Source of the DNA: Ignavibacteriota bacterium
Lineage (GTDB): Bacteria > Bacteroidota > Ignavibacteria > Palsa-1295
NCBI GenBank assembly: GCA_963787835.1
Contig: CAWBEI010000002.1
Coordinates: 1,280,001 to 1,344,000 of the forward strand
Reading direction: 5' to 3'
Length of the DNA: 64,000 nucleotides
Below, in pieces: positions 1-9,979 of the stretch. Position 1 is the first letter of the stretch, and each line of letters begins with the position of its first letter. The position numbers were made by a program, and so were the translations under genes. The notes below the pieces were generated by a model that was not told where the DNA came from, searched no databases, and saw only the letters and a program-made list of their open reading frames with translations.

Positions 1-264
1 TCGCCGTATGCTTTTGCGATCGATGAGCCGGGAACCCAATTTACAGGTTGGGACGCATCCATCTCCTGGGACTGGATGCCGAACGATTTCGAAACATGGA
101 TGGTGCAACTCATTCATCGTGAGGCAAGCGTTCCATATTTTGCCGGGCCTGGCGGCGTGACATCGCCGGATGGTTATACCACAACGCCAATTCCAGAAGG
201 CTGGACGCCAGATCTTGTCAAAGATGAATCGCAAATTATCGTGGCATTCTTAGTTCGATTTTAA
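1..264 (+). CDS. C-terminal part of an outer-membrane beta-barrel porin (kdp-associated type), 5'-truncated by the window
   Basis: Frame 1 is open from base 1 (SPYAFAIDEPGTQFTGWDASISWDWMPNDF...). Amphipathic strands and a terminal ...AFLVRF Phe, the BamA-type signal. Lies directly upstream of the kdp locus. Confidence 0.6.
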   Translation, partial: SPYAFAIDEPGTQFTGWDASISWDWMPNDFETWMVQLIHREASVPYFAGPGGVTSPDGYTTTPIPEGWTPDLVKDESQIIVAFLVRF

Positions 265-285
265 ATTTTGGTACTCGTATTTCAT

Positions 286-511
286 GGCCACCGCGTTGCT
301 CAATGGTGTTACCATTGGCGATCTCTTTCCAATCGCCTTTCTTGGCGTTCGCAAGAATGACGCCAGGATTTATCAGCGGGCGCGTGAAATGCGAGAGCAA
401 CCCGCCTTTGCACGTTCAACGCGGTGGGTCGGTGGGAGCGACGATCTCTTAAAAGCCGGACATCCGGCGCGAGCCATCAATGGGATTCGTAATTTTGGAC
501 AAACTCCAAAA
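286..511 (+). ncRNA. Candidate structured leader / cis-regulatory RNA upstream of the histidine kinase
   Basis: Perfect 11-bp stem CCACCGCGTTG (288-298)/CAACGCGGTGG (417-427) encloses several hairpins, two with GNRA loops (GCAA, GAGA). Three or more further hairpins follow up to the ATG at 518. Confidence 0.4.
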
Positions 512-517
512 CGCACT

Positions 518-1777
518 ATGGCCAATCGATTGCTCGAACGCGGACTTCGTGTTCGCATCCTTACCGGATTTTCGCTTGTCATTTTCCTTACGCTGGTGAT
601 CGCGGGATGGTCGTATTATCATATTTCGACATTGGGAACTGCGGCGGAGCATCTCTTTATCGAGAACTATCGCACGATCAGCTACATGCACCAGATGGAG
701 CTTGCTGTTGCCGACATGCAGATGAGTGGTTCCCAATCCTTTGCAGAGAACGATGTGATCGTTCAAAAGAACCTTGCCCTCGAATACGCCAACATCACCG
801 AGCCGGGTGAACTCGAAGGCACACGCACGATAGACCGGGATTATCACGCATTTCTTCAAGCGCGCACTCCGGAGCTTGCGCAAACCGTGCGGCAGGATTG
901 CGAGGCAGTTCTGAGGATCAATGAGCAGGCGATGTTCGCGCACTCCGAAGCATTCCGAGCACAGGGCGATTTTGCACGGACTTCGACGATAGGGATCACG
1001 ATCCTGCTTGTCGGTGCGGCGATCTTTCTGGCGGTCGCTGTTTCGCGCAGGAGTTTAGCAGAGTTCCAGGAATTGGAGCGTGCGAAAAGTAACTTTGTCG
1101 CGACGGCAGCCCACGAACTCAAAAATCCGCTCAGTGCAATCAAAATGACGAGTGGCCTTCTTGCCGATGGAATTGCAGGTCCGCTTAATGCGAAACAAGC
1201 GGAGCTTTCTGTAACTATTCGGAATGAGTCCGAGCGCATGCTTGCGCTGGTGTGCGAATTGCTCGATCTTGCCAAGTTGGAAACGGGTACGCTGCAATTA
1301 CACCTTCATCCAACGAATGTGGAAACACTTATCGAAAGTGCGATCCTGCCTGTTTCGCTTCGAGCAGAAGAAGCTGGCGTGACGATCGACGTGATGGTCA
1401 TGCGTGACGTGCCCGAAGCACTGGTCGATCCAAATAAAATGGCGTGGGCGATCACGAATTTGCTTTCCAATGCTATTCGATATAGTCCGAAGGGGGCGCA
1501 GATCACGGCGGATGCTCGCGTGATCGAGAACGAAATTTGGATTTCGGTGACGGATCACGGGAAGGGAATTGCGGAAGGCGATCTTACCAGAATTTTCGAC
1601 AAGTTCGTGCAAGTAGAGGAAGGACGGATGGGTTTTGGCTCGGGAACCGGACTTGGGCTTTCGATTGCGCGAGAGATCGTAACCGCTCATGGCGGGCGTG
1701 TGTGGGCCGCAAGTACACTCGGTAAAGGAGCCACACTGACCATCGCACTTCCAATCACGGAACACGCTAATAGTTAA
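518..1777 (+). CDS. Membrane sensor histidine kinase (2 TM, periplasmic helical bundle, HisKA, HATPase); probable catalytic half of a split KdpD
   Basis: H-box AAHELKNPL, N-box NLLSNAIRY, G-boxes DHGKGI and GTGLGLSI, two hydrophobic helices. ATG 518 is preferred over 284 because the first TM follows shortly and 284-517 is hairpin-rich and not protein-like. Confidence 0.9.
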   Translation: MANRLLERGLRVRILTGFSLVIFLTLVIAGWSYYHISTLGTAAEHLFIENYRTISYMHQMELAVADMQMSGSQSFAENDVIVQKNLALEYANITEPGELEGTRTIDRDYHAFLQARTPELAQTVRQDCEAVLRINEQAMFAHSEAFRAQGDFARTSTIGITILLVGAAIFLAVAVSRRSLAEFQELERAKSNFVATAAHELKNPLSAIKMTSGLLADGIAGPLNAKQAELSVTIRNESERMLALVCELLDLAKLETGTLQLHLHPTNVETLIESAILPVSLRAEEAGVTIDVMVMRDVPEALVDPNKMAWAITNLLSNAIRYSPKGAQITADARVIENEIWISVTDHGKGIAEGDLTRIFDKFVQVEEGRMGFGSGTGLGLSIAREIVTAHGGRVWAASTLGKGATLTIALPITEHANS

Positions 1778-1787
1778 CATTCCTATT

Positions 1788-1871
1788 ATGAACGACCTAC
1801 TTTACATCGTAATGATCCTTGCCTTCTTCGGGATCGGCATCGCATTTCAAATGTATTGCGAAAAAATATAA
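1788..1871 (+). CDS. 27-aa hydrophobic peptide upstream of kdpF (MNDLLYIVMILAFFGIGIAFQMYCEKI)
   Basis: Translated by hand (ATG 1788, TAA 1869-1871). Single TM helix with the D..Y.....FF.......CE pattern I recognise from small ORFs preceding kdpF. Confidence 0.7.
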   Translation: MNDLLYIVMILAFFGIGIAFQMYCEKI

Positions 1872-1884
1872 TCAACACATTTTT

Positions 1885-1968
1885 ATGAGCGGCATATTAT
1901 TACTCCTCCTTGTAGTTGCAGCGATCGCATACCTGATGTATGCACTGCTGTATCCTGAAAAATTTTAA
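1885..1968 (+). CDS. kdpF: K+-transporting ATPase subunit F (MSGILLLLLVVAAIAYLMYALLYPEKF)
   Basis: Translated by hand. KdpF C-terminal motif YL.YALL.PEKF; immediately before kdpA. Confidence 0.92.
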   Translation: MSGILLLLLVVAAIAYLMYALLYPEKF

Positions 1969-2007
1969 TTGAATGATCGCTCAACCAATGAGAGATCGTC
2001 TAAGAAT

Positions 2008-3735
2008 ATGATAACGAACGGCATTTTACAACTTTTGGCATTTCTCGTCGTGCTTGTGCTGGTCACGAAGCCGATGGGAATTTTTCTCACGCGAGTCTTT
2101 TCCGGTGAGCGGACATTTCTTACTCCGATCTTTGGACCTCTCGAGCGGCTTATTTATCGGATTTGTGGCGTAAATCCTAAATCCGAAATGAAATGGACTG
2201 CGTATAGCGCGGCGATGCTAATCTTCAGCGCAGTAGGTGGCGTGGTGCTCTATGGTATTCTGCGTTTGCAGCAAATTCTTCCGTGGAATCCACAAGGGTT
2301 CGGCCCGGTCGCACCAGATCTTAGCTTTAATACGGCTGTCAGCTTCATAACGAACACGAATTGGCAAGCCTACGGCGGCGAATCCACGATGAGCTATTTC
2401 ACGCAGATGGCCGGACTCGCATTTCACAACTTTGCTTCCGCCGCGATGGGAATTGCCATTGCCGTTGCGGTAGTGCGCGGTTTGGTGCGTGCCTCCGTGC
2501 AGACGATCGGGAATTTCTGGGTCGATCTGGTACGCTGCACACTATATGTACTGCTTCCGATATCTATTGTGGTAACGATCATCTTTGTTGGGTTCGGAAT
2601 GATACAGAATCTATCACCCTACGTAACAGCAACGACACTCGAAGGTGTGAAACAGATCATCCCGATGGGACCTGTGGCATCGCAGGAAGCGATCAAGATA
2701 CTTGGAACGAATGGCGGCGGTTTTTTCAATGCGAATTCTGCGCATCCATTTGAGAATCCGACGGCGCTAACGAATTTCATTCAAGTCGTTCTCATCTTTT
2801 TGCTCGGTTCCGGACTAACCTACATGTTCGGACGCATGGCAAAAGACCAAAAGCAAGGCTGGGCGATATGGGGCGCAATGACGTTTCTGTTCGTTGCTGG
2901 ACTTGTCACGTGCTATACCGCAGAGCAATCGGGGAATCCGATCATGGGAAAACTCGGTATCGAACAAGCTGCGACTGCCACGCAAAGCGGCGGTAACATG
3001 GAAGGAAAGGATGTTCGCTTTGGTATTACGCAAAGCACACTCTTCGCGACTGTTACAACGGACGCATCCTGCGGCGCGGTAAACTCCATGCACGAAAGCT
3101 TCACACCGATCGGCGGGATGGTTCCGCTGTTCAATATCATGCTTGGCGAGGTGATCTTCGGCGGAGTCGGCTCGGGATTGTATGGGATGTTCGTTTTTGT
3201 ATTAATCTCCGTTTTCATCGCTGGCCTGATGGTCGGGCGCACGCCGGAATATTTGGGAAAGAAAATAGAATCGAAAGAAATAAAGCTATCGATGTTGGCT
3301 TTGCTCTCACTCGTTTTTTGCATTCTTGGATTTACGGCATGGGCTGTGGTGGAACCCACGGCGCTTAAGAGCCTTGCAAATACAGGCCCGCATGGTTTGA
3401 CGGAGATCCTTTATGCTTTTACATCGGCGACCGGGAATAATGGTTCTGCATTCGCCGGCTTGAACGCCAACACATTATTTTTCAACATCACGCTGGGAAT
3501 AGCAATGCTCTTCGGCAGATTTTTTGTCATCATTCCCGTACTTGCAATTGCGGGGAGCATGGCGAAAAAGACGCCTGTCGCACCATCGCATGGTACATTT
3601 CTGACAAATAATGCGCTGTTCGGCGCACTGCTGGTTATGGTAATAGTAATCGTAGGCGGACTTACATTCTTTCCGGCATTATCGCTCGGACCAATACTCG
3701 AACATTTGCTCATGCAAGCTGGAAAGGTATTTTAA
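2008..3735 (+). CDS. kdpA: K+-transporting ATPase subunit A
   Basis: [52 protein letters not shown] 2008 preferred over TTG 1969. Confidence 0.98.
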   Translation: MITNGILQLLAFLVVLVLVTKPMGIFLTRVFSGERTFLTPIFGPLERLIYRICGVNPKSEMKWTAYSAAMLIFSAVGGVVLYGILRLQQILPWNPQGFGPVAPDLSFNTAVSFITNTNWQAYGGESTMSYFTQMAGLAFHNFASAAMGIAIAVAVVRGLVRASVQTIGNFWVDLVRCTLYVLLPISIVVTIIFVGFGMIQNLSPYVTATTLEGVKQIIPMGPVASQEAIKILGTNGGGFFNANSAHPFENPTALTNFIQVVLIFLLGSGLTYMFGRMAKDQKQGWAIWGAMTFLFVAGLVTCYTAEQSGNPIMGKLGIEQAATATQSGGNMEGKDVRFGITQSTLFATVTTDASCGAVNSMHESFTPIGGMVPLFNIMLGEVIFGGVGSGLYGMFVFVLISVFIAGLMVGRTPEYLGKKIESKEIKLSMLALLSLVFCILGFTAWAVVEPTALKSLANTGPHGLTEILYAFTSATGNNGSAFAGLNANTLFFNITLGIAMLFGRFFVIIPVLAIAGSMAKKTPVAPSHGTFLTNNALFGALLVMVIVIVGGLTFFPALSLGPILEHLLMQAGKVF

Positions 3736-3737
3736 CA

Positions 3738-5774
3738 ATGGCAAAACACGAAATTCATAAACAAAAAAAGATATTCGATCCGACGATCGTGAAGCGGGCG
3801 TTGGTCGATGCTTTAAAGAAGCTCGATCCTCGCGTGCTTTGGAAAAATCCCGTCATGTTCGTCGTCGAAGTTGGCGCGGTGCTGACAACGGGTTCCTGGA
3901 TCAATGAAATGGCGTCGAAATCTGGTGACCCCACTTTTTCCGGCCTGATCTCCGCATGGCTGTGGTTCACTGTTTATTTTGCAACGTTCGCGGAAGCAAT
4001 GGCTGAAGGCCGCGGCAAAGCACAGGCGGATGCGTTACGCAAAACGAAGACCGATACCATGGCCAAGCTCATCGGTAAAGATGGTACCGTCACGCAGGTC
4101 AATGCCACTATGCTTCGAAAAGGCGATATAGTTTTAGTCGAAGCCGGAGATACCATCCCTGGTGATGGCGATGCAAGCGAAGGGATCGCATCTATTGATG
4201 AATCGGCGATTACGGGTGAGTCTGCTCCTGTCATTCGCGAAAGCGGCGGCGACCGTTCCGCAGTTACCGGAGGTACTCGCGTTATTTCAGATTGGCTGAA
4301 AGTAAAGATCACGTCGAATCCGGGAGAGACGTTTATTGACAGGATGATCGGCCTCGTCGAAGGCGCAAAGCGGCAGAAAACGCCAAATGAGATCGCGCTT
4401 ACGATCCTGCTTTCCGGCATGACGATCATTTTTGTGGTGGCACTCGTGGCTTTGAACTCGTTCGCCATCTATATGTCAAGCCCGGTTTCCATTGTTGTAA
4501 TGGTTTCGCTGCTTGTGTGTTTAATTCCCACTACGATCGGCGGGCTTCTTTCTGCTATTGGAATCGCTGGTATCGACCGCGTTCTTCAACGCAATGTCCT
4601 TGCCATGTCTGGCCGTGCTGTGGAAGCGGCAGGAGACGTGAACACATTGTTGCTCGATAAAACGGGCACGATCACCATTGGCAATCGCATGGCGACTGCT
4701 TTTATTCCTGCCGAAGGAATTTCAATGGAGTCGTTAGCGCTCACCTGTTATCTTGCGAGTCTGAGTGACGAGACACCCGAAGGACGAAGCATCGTTACAT
4801 TAGCGCAGCAATCGGTTAAGGAACTCCCTTCGGATGTTCTGTCGGCTGAGAAAACCTTTATCCCATTCTCGGCGCACACACGCATGAGTGGCGTGGATAT
4901 TGGCGACCGCGCCATTCGTAAAGGAGCAGTCGATGCAATCTCGAAGTTGTCTGGAACTGGCATTTCTGCCCAAATGAGCGCCCACGTTGAACATATCGCA
5001 AGTTCCGGTGGAACTCCGCTTGCTGTTGCTGAAAATGGAAAATTAGTTGGAGTGATTCAACTGAAGGATATTGTCAAGCAAGGCATGCGCGAGAGGTTCG
5101 AGCAGCTTCGCGCAATGGGAATCAAAACGGTGATGATCACCGGCGATAATCCGCTTACCGCCAAAGCCATTGCTACGGAAGCTGGCGTGGATGATTTCCT
5201 TGCTGAGGCAACGCCCGAAACGAAAATGGCGCTTATTCGCAAAGAACAGGCGAGTGGCAAACTTGTTGCGATGACTGGCGATGGCACGAACGATGCACCC
5301 GCACTCGCCCAAGCAGACGTTGGCGTGGCAATGAACACCGGCACGATGGCTGCGAAAGAGGCGGCAAACATGGTCGATCTCGATAGCAATCCGACAAAGC
5401 TAATTGAAGTAGTCGAGATCGGAAAGCAACTCTTGATGACGCGCGGGGCGCTAACGACATTTTCCATTGCGAATGATGTCGCGAAATACTTTGCGATCAT
5501 TCCCGCGATGTTCATGGTCGCATTTCCCCAACTTGCTGCACTTAATGTGATGTCGCTGCATTCGCCGGAAAGCGCGATATTATCGGCGGTTATTTTCAAT
5601 GCCCTTATTATTATTGCTCTTGTGCCCCTTGCGTTGAAGGGAATTAAGTACCGACCGCTTGGCGCTGCGGCAGTGTTACGACGGAATATTATTATTTATG
5701 GCGTCGGCGGCGTTATCATTCCATTCATCGGAATAAAGGCGATCGATCTGGTGGTATCCTCATTCGGATTTTGA
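3738..5774 (+). CDS. kdpB: K+-transporting P-type ATPase subunit B
   Basis: DKTGTIT phosphorylation motif, [19 protein letters not shown]. Confidence 0.99.
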   Translation: MAKHEIHKQKKIFDPTIVKRALVDALKKLDPRVLWKNPVMFVVEVGAVLTTGSWINEMASKSGDPTFSGLISAWLWFTVYFATFAEAMAEGRGKAQADALRKTKTDTMAKLIGKDGTVTQVNATMLRKGDIVLVEAGDTIPGDGDASEGIASIDESAITGESAPVIRESGGDRSAVTGGTRVISDWLKVKITSNPGETFIDRMIGLVEGAKRQKTPNEIALTILLSGMTIIFVVALVALNSFAIYMSSPVSIVVMVSLLVCLIPTTIGGLLSAIGIAGIDRVLQRNVLAMSGRAVEAAGDVNTLLLDKTGTITIGNRMATAFIPAEGISMESLALTCYLASLSDETPEGRSIVTLAQQSVKELPSDVLSAEKTFIPFSAHTRMSGVDIGDRAIRKGAVDAISKLSGTGISAQMSAHVEHIASSGGTPLAVAENGKLVGVIQLKDIVKQGMRERFEQLRAMGIKTVMITGDNPLTAKAIATEAGVDDFLAEATPETKMALIRKEQASGKLVAMTGDGTNDAPALAQADVGVAMNTGTMAAKEAANMVDLDSNPTKLIEVVEIGKQLLMTRGALTTFSIANDVAKYFAIIPAMFMVAFPQLAALNVMSLHSPESAILSAVIFNALIIIALVPLALKGIKYRPLGAAAVLRRNIIIYGVGGVIIPFIGIKAIDLVVSSFGF

Positions 5775-5785
5775 TTTAAAAAAAT

Positions 5786-6370
5786 ATGAAAACAGTTATT
5801 ACTTCGATATTAATGACGGTAGTGCTTACCGTACTGGTGGGAATTATCTATCCACTTGCTATGACGGGCATTGCGCAACTGCTTTTTCCAGCGCAGGCGA
5901 ATGGGAGCCTTGTAATGAAAGATGGTAAGGTTGTTGGCTCATCGCTGATTGGCCAGAGCTTTGGTTTGCCGCAATATTTTCACAGCCGCCCGTCGGCGGC
6001 TGGCACGGGCTATGACGGCATGAATTCCGGCGGTTCGAATCTCGGCCCGACGAGCAAGGCATTGATGGATCGGCTTACGCACGACCGGGATTCGCTTGAG
6101 AAGCTCTATCCTGAACTGAAAGGCGTTGCGCTTCCAGCAGATTTCCTCACAACTTCGGGTTCCGGCCTCGACCCCGATATTAGTGTTGCCAATGCGATGT
6201 TGCAAGCACCTATTGTTGCGCAATATAATAATTTAAATGTCGATACTGTTAAATCGATGGTGACTGCACATATTAAAGGCCGCGATCTTGGTTTCCTGGG
6301 CGAGCCGCATGTGAATGTGCTTGAACTTAATCTTGATCTACTTGAGCGAACGAAGACTCCAACACACTGA
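5786..6370 (+). CDS. kdpC: K+-transporting ATPase subunit C
   Basis: QANGSL, YFHSRPSA, SGGSNLGP, TTSGSGLDPDIS, VNVLELNL. Confidence 0.98.
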   Translation: MKTVITSILMTVVLTVLVGIIYPLAMTGIAQLLFPAQANGSLVMKDGKVVGSSLIGQSFGLPQYFHSRPSAAGTGYDGMNSGGSNLGPTSKALMDRLTHDRDSLEKLYPELKGVALPADFLTTSGSGLDPDISVANAMLQAPIVAQYNNLNVDTVKSMVTAHIKGRDLGFLGEPHVNVLELNLDLLERTKTPTH

Positions 6371-6373
6371 TTC

Positions 6374-8038
6374 ATGACTGACGCTCTTTCTGTCGAAGAC
6401 CTGCTTCACGAGATCAATTACGCAGAGGAAGCACCGCTGCGGATTTATCTCGGTGCGGCGCCGGGAGTGGGAAAGACGTACCGAATGCTTCAGGATGGGA
6501 ATGCGCTCCGCAATCGCGGCGTGGATGTTGTGCTCGGTTACGTCGAGCCTCATGACCGGAAAGACACGCTCGATCAGATCAAAGATCTGGAAATAATTCC
6601 ACCCAAACAGATCGAGTATAAAGGGGTTGTTCTTCATGAGTTAGATGTCGATGCTGTTATTGCACGTAAGCCACAGGTGGTGCTCGTCGATGAGTTGGCT
6701 CATACAAACGCAACGGGTTCCAAACACGAAAAGCGATATGAAGACATTGAAGACCTGCTTGCTGCAGGCATAGCCGTCTTCAGCACCTGCAACGTGCAAC
6801 ATTTGGAGAGCGTGCATGACATGGTCGAGCGTATGACCGGCGTGAAGGTCCAGGAGCGGGTTCCCGATACATTCTTCGCCCTGGCGCGAGAGATGATCAT
6901 CGTCGATGTGACGCCGGATGAACTTCAGGAGCGGATGCGGCAGGGGAAGATCTATCCACTCGAACGCATCGAGCGATCGCTGTCAAATTTTTTTACTCAT
7001 AGCAACATCAGCATGCTGCGCGAACTGGCGTTGCGCGAACTGGCGAACGACGTCGAGCAGAAAGATAAAGATAAGCGCCGCGAAACCAATACCCCCGGCA
7101 CGGCAACATCCGGCGAGAAAGTGCTCGTTGCCATTCCGCCCACTGAACAGGCCGACCGGCTGATTCGGCGAGGTTCCCGCATGGCTGGACGTATGAATGC
7201 TAAATGGATCGTAGCGTTCGTCGAGAGCAAGAAGACAGTGTTGACCGAAACTATGGAAGCAAAACTGCGAGAATCTTTTATGCTTGCGCGCTCGCTGGGC
7301 GGGACGGTTGTGCAACTGAAAGGCGAACAGGTTGCCAAAACTCTGATCGATTTTGCGCGCGCGGAGGGGGTAACCCAGATCGTCATCGGGGCCACGCAAC
7401 GAGCCATTTGGAAGCGGTATTTCTCTCGCACCGTTGTGGGTGAATTACTCAACCTTGCCGGTGAGTTCGGTGTCTATGTCGTACCCCTCCAGCACGATTC
7501 GGATGAAGTAGAGCGCCTTGTTTCGCCGTCATCCACTGCGGTTCCGCAGGAACAGCCGGTACGGCTTACCGATTATATTTTGCCTGCGAGTATTATTGCA
7601 GATCTTCGCAGCGTCACAACGGTCGAGCAGACGATTGCGGTACTCATAGACCTTCTGATTCAGAAAAACGGTGAGCTGGCCTCCCGCCGCGCGGAAATTC
7701 ACGATCTCATTATGCGCCGCGAGCGGCTGATGAGTACGTTCCTCGATACCGGAATTGCTATACCTCATGCCGCCGGTTTTTCCGGCACGAGTGACATTCA
7801 TGCCGTGATGGCGCTCACGCCGGATGGCGTCGTATCGTTAGGCCGCGATCAAAAAGCGTATAGTGTAGTATTATTTTTGAGTCCTGAAGTAGGGAAGGCC
7901 AATCATTTGAAATTCCTTGCGGCGATCGCGAAAGTCTTCATCGATAAGACCACCACGCGGGAGATCGCCACGATGCCTTCCGCCGAAGATGCCTGGCAGT
8001 TCATTCATAAGCTGGAGTTGACAGGGCGAACGAATTAG
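6374..8038 (+). CDS. kdpD: KdpD N-terminal sensor domain + Usp domain fused to a C-terminal PTS EIIA (Ntr/Fru type) domain; no TM or kinase domain
   Basis: YLGAAPGVGKTYRML (Walker A-like), LVDELAHTN, LRELALR. Usp-like KVLVAI...FARAEGVTQIVIG. EIIA signature IMRRERLMSTFLDTGIAIPH and HLKFLAAIAK. Confidence 0.88.
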   Translation: MTDALSVEDLLHEINYAEEAPLRIYLGAAPGVGKTYRMLQDGNALRNRGVDVVLGYVEPHDRKDTLDQIKDLEIIPPKQIEYKGVVLHELDVDAVIARKPQVVLVDELAHTNATGSKHEKRYEDIEDLLAAGIAVFSTCNVQHLESVHDMVERMTGVKVQERVPDTFFALAREMIIVDVTPDELQERMRQGKIYPLERIERSLSNFFTHSNISMLRELALRELANDVEQKDKDKRRETNTPGTATSGEKVLVAIPPTEQADRLIRRGSRMAGRMNAKWIVAFVESKKTVLTETMEAKLRESFMLARSLGGTVVQLKGEQVAKTLIDFARAEGVTQIVIGATQRAIWKRYFSRTVVGELLNLAGEFGVYVVPLQHDSDEVERLVSPSSTAVPQEQPVRLTDYILPASIIADLRSVTTVEQTIAVLIDLLIQKNGELASRRAEIHDLIMRRERLMSTFLDTGIAIPHAAGFSGTSDIHAVMALTPDGVVSLGRDQKAYSVVLFLSPEVGKANHLKFLAAIAKVFIDKTTTREIATMPSAEDAWQFIHKLELTGRTN

Positions 8039-8107
8039 GGCGTAATATGAAATTTAGGTTGCGTTGAAGTTATTTGTGGGCGATCTGATGTTTCGGAGTC
8101 GCGCCAC

Positions 8108-9979
8108 ATGAAAATTACGCTGATCCTCGTCCTTAATGCCGGCCTGATCGGCCTGTTCATTTACCTGCTTAGAAAAAAGAACCTGCTTTCCTTTATGGAT
8201 GGCGGGAAATGGTGGCTTACGTGGCTTTCCATCGCTATCATCACGCTGATGGACGAGCTGACATCCGTCTTTTATGTTGCCGCAGAGTCTTACCTTATTG
8301 TTGGGCTTGCGGCATTTGTGTTTATTATTGCAACCTCGATCTTTGTCCGATTTCTATCGAGCAGGATGGTCGAGATCGCGCATATTCTGGAGCATCACGG
8401 AATTCGGGGCGGCGGCGTGTATAGCTTTAGTTACCTTGTGCTGGGGCCAACGATGTCCTTCGCGGCGGTGGCGTCGATCCTTGTTGATTATATTCTCACC
8501 GCAGCGATCTCGACCGTTGCGGCCGTCTATAATGGAAGTTCATTCTTCCATCTTCCTCAATATGTCATCTATGGTTTGTTTTTGTTGGTCATTTGGTCTG
8601 TGGCCTTCTTGAACATCATTGGTATTCGGGAGAATGCACGTTTCACGTTCTTGATCTTCATCGCGGCGGCGATGGTATTAATGACGCTCATTTTTTCGGC
8701 CATTATGTCGCCGAGCGCTGGGCAGATCGGTATGGTAGGTGAAGGTTTTCATAGTTCTTGGACCAGACTAACCGGAGGAAGTTTATTCGACGGCGCAAGC
8801 TTCTTCATCTTCGGATTTGCCGGAGTTATTCTTGCGTACTCGGGGATCGAAAGTGTGGTGCAGACGGCGGGGCTTGTAAAAAGTTGGAAGGATATTCGTA
8901 AAGCGTATATTTTCCTCGCGGTGACGGTCGGTATTGTGACGCCGCTCATCACCATGCTTGTCCTTACCCGGACGGACATCAATTTTGCATTGCATGAGGA
9001 TGACCTCATAACCTATTTTGGTACGGTCGTTAATGGGCCGTGGTTCGGATATATTGTTGGCGCGCTGGCGAGCTTTACGCTTATCATGGCGGTGAACACC
9101 GCGTTCGTGGCTTCGAGTGAACTGTTGGAGCGCGTGGCGCACCGGTATGGGTTCCATTGGCTCATTAAGACGAACAAGGCGGATTCACTCTACCGCATTC
9201 ACATCATCAATGCCACACTCTTTAGCGTTATCATTGCAATCACAGCCGGAAGCCAGGAGATGCTGGCTCACATGTATGCTGTTGGTTTGGTAGCCAGCTT
9301 CACGATCAACATGGGCGCGCTCGTGTACTACCGGTACTCGCGTGGCAGCGAGGAGATCCCCGATTATTATACTTCCCGTACGGGTACATTCGTGATCTTC
9401 CTGCTGCTACTGGCGTGCTTCGGATTTATCGCGTTCCACAAATGGCAGGGTTTTGTGCTTTGGGCGATCACGGTCACGATCTTCCAGATCATTGGGTTCC
9501 GCGTAGCGAAACGGCGCGCGCCGGAGATCGAGCAGTTCAAGAAGACGGATAATCCGATGGATATCATCTTCCGCATTGCGGAAGCGGATCCGGAGAAGCC
9601 TTTCCATTTTTATTTTCGGAGGGTGCAGGATACCTCCCCGATCATTGAGGAAGCCAATGTTGCTTACGTCACGTTTTACTCGCCACGCTCGGGTTCACCG
9701 GCGAAGCTGGGCAGGAATCATTTCCTACTGACGATCTACCGGGAATCCCTCGAGCGGCGGCTCGTATCGCTGATCCACATGCTGCAATACGATTTTGCCG
9801 ATCGCGACATCATCTTTCACGTAGGATGGCCGACCTCGAGCTGGGTCGATCGCTTCTCAACCGGCGTGATGGTCTTTTCTCTTATTCGATTGCCGCGACG
9901 GTTCCCAGCGTATAGTTTTGTGATGGAATACGAAGGTTCCGAAGAAAAGGCCTTGATCGATGCCAAAGCCAATGCGTGA
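8108..9979 (+). CDS. APC-superfamily transporter, KimA/YdaO-like (putative K+/H+ symporter)
   Basis: About 12-13 TM helices plus a soluble C-terminal domain. MDELTSVFY, GGGVY, VDYILTAAIS and YSGIES parallel the KimA motifs SDALSSVAY, GGGAY, VDYILTVAVS and TGVEA as I recall them. Confidence 0.7.
   Translation: MKITLILVLNAGLIGLFIYLLRKKNLLSFMDGGKWWLTWLSIAIITLMDELTSVFYVAAESYLIVGLAAFVFIIATSIFVRFLSSRMVEIAHILEHHGIRGGGVYSFSYLVLGPTMSFAAVASILVDYILTAAISTVAAVYNGSSFFHLPQYVIYGLFLLVIWSVAFLNIIGIRENARFTFLIFIAAAMVLMTLIFSAIMSPSAGQIGMVGEGFHSSWTRLTGGSLFDGASFFIFGFAGVILAYSGIESVVQTAGLVKSWKDIRKAYIFLAVTVGIVTPLITMLVLTRTDINFALHEDDLITYFGTVVNGPWFGYIVGALASFTLIMAVNTAFVASSELLERVAHRYGFHWLIKTNKADSLYRIHIINATLFSVIIAITAGSQEMLAHMYAVGLVASFTINMGALVYYRYSRGSEEIPDYYTSRTGTFVIFLLLLACFGFIAFHKWQGFVLWAITVTIFQIIGFRVAKRRAPEIEQFKKTDNPMDIIFRIAEADPEKPFHFYFRRVQDTSPIIEEANVAYVTFYSPRSGSPAKLGRNHFLLTIYRESLERRLVSLIHMLQYDFADRDIIFHVGWPTSSWVDRFSTGVMVFSLIRLPRRFPAYSFVMEYEGSEEKALIDAKANA

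Noticed and set aside
286-511. Identification as a c-di-AMP (ydaO) riboswitch or an HDV-like ribozyme
   Set aside because: The GCTGAATC / GGGGTGAAT / GTCAGCTAAC-type ydaO segments and the HDV P3-L3/J4-2 pattern were not found by eye.
284-517. 78-aa N-terminal extension of the histidine kinase given in the ORF track
   Set aside because: Not protein-like, overlaps dense hairpins, and ATG 518 gives a normal short N-terminus before TM1.
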